DNA from: an uncultured Bifidobacteriaceae bacterium
GTDB taxonomy: Bacteria; Bacteroidota; Bacteroidia; UKL13-3
Direction: 5' to 3'
DNA: 64,000 nucleotides
Assembly: GCA_964535575.1 (NCBI GenBank)
Contig: CAZHTC010000001.1
Span: forward strand, 657,965-721,964
The notes beneath the pieces are model-generated. The model was not told the DNA's origin and searched no databases. It was given only the letters and a program-made list of their open reading frames with translations. Of the stretch, positions 63,869 to 64,000 are shown piece after piece. A program made the translations under genes and the position numbers. How positions within the stretch are numbered: position 1 is the stretch's first letter; each line of letters starts with the position of its first letter.

Positions 63869-64000
63869 TATTTCTCGTCAATATAGTAGCTGTCATTCAT
63901 TTCTGGATTTGGATTAATATCATTGTAAACAATTCTCACGCTATCAATATCCTTATCTGCTTCTTCAATTTGTCTGCGAAGTGAGTTAATTTTATCACAT
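63869..64000 (-). CDS. 3' end of an unidentified ORF (truncated by window edge)
   Basis: My translation gives an open minus-strand frame ..CDKINSLRRQIEEADKDIDSVRIVYNDINPNPEMNDSYYIDEK ending in TAG at 63871-63869. Too short to assign. Confidence 0.4.

Larger units (their letters stand above)
53846..64000 (-). mobile_element. Putative integron-type gene-cassette array (attC-like sites, no integrase in window; upstream end beyond 64,000)
   Basis: All ORFs are co-oriented and functionally unrelated. Six gaps carry imperfect-palindromic sites (five of 122-126 nt, one ~145 nt) bounded by RYYYAAC-like and GTTAnnGGCA boxes; two further gaps carry short remnants. The next ATG lies 29-67 nt after the GTT box. 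See findings. Confidence 0.45.

Overview
The window looks like a chromosomal segment from a Bacteroidota bacterium. Evidence: many proteins with T9SS C-terminal sorting domains, DUF1573-type proteins, ECF sigma/anti-sigma pairs, and a TAnnTTTG-type -7 box. I recognised no rRNA, tRNA, CRISPR array, transposase or integrase.

nt 1-53,820 carry ordinary core and envelope genes on both strands. Core genes include a fused 2-oxoacid dehydrogenase E1, a DEAD-box helicase, yicC-gmk-nadD, xth, hbd, recR, metK, tatC and ndh. There is also an M1 aminopeptidase, an S8 peptidase, a TPR histidine kinase, a glycan/lipid-A-type cluster at 24-30 kb, and a pair of GT-C membrane glycosyltransferases.

nt ~53,850-64,000 are organised differently:
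- Every ORF is on the minus strand, the products are unrelated, and several ORFs are visibly AT-rich.
- The gaps at 55.2-55.4, 56.7-56.9, 59.1-59.5, 60.4-60.9, 61.8-61.9 and 63.3-63.9 kb carry imperfect-palindromic sites. Five are 122-126 nt and one is ~145 nt.
- Each site is bounded by an RYYYAAC-like box and a GTTAnnGGCA box. A short remnant of the same kind (53,846-53,876) lies next to ndh.
- Four sites share a near-identical core, including an 80-nt perfect match between two copies. One site has an unrelated interior but the same ends and length.

I read this as an integron-type gene-cassette array with attC-like sites. Its upstream end, and any integrase, would lie beyond nt 64,000. This is inference from sequence patterns only and needs a covariance-model search and flanking sequence.

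Secondary observations:
- A lichenase-like GH16 whose catalytic EIDIE motif reads EVSIQ.
- A CxxCH-plus-PHM-like copper monooxygenase protein.
- A GT2/polytopic/degenerate sugar-transferase fusion.
- An ECF-sigma partner that combines an anti-sigma-like N-terminus with a T9SS sorting domain.
- A frameshifted cyclophilin-like gene.
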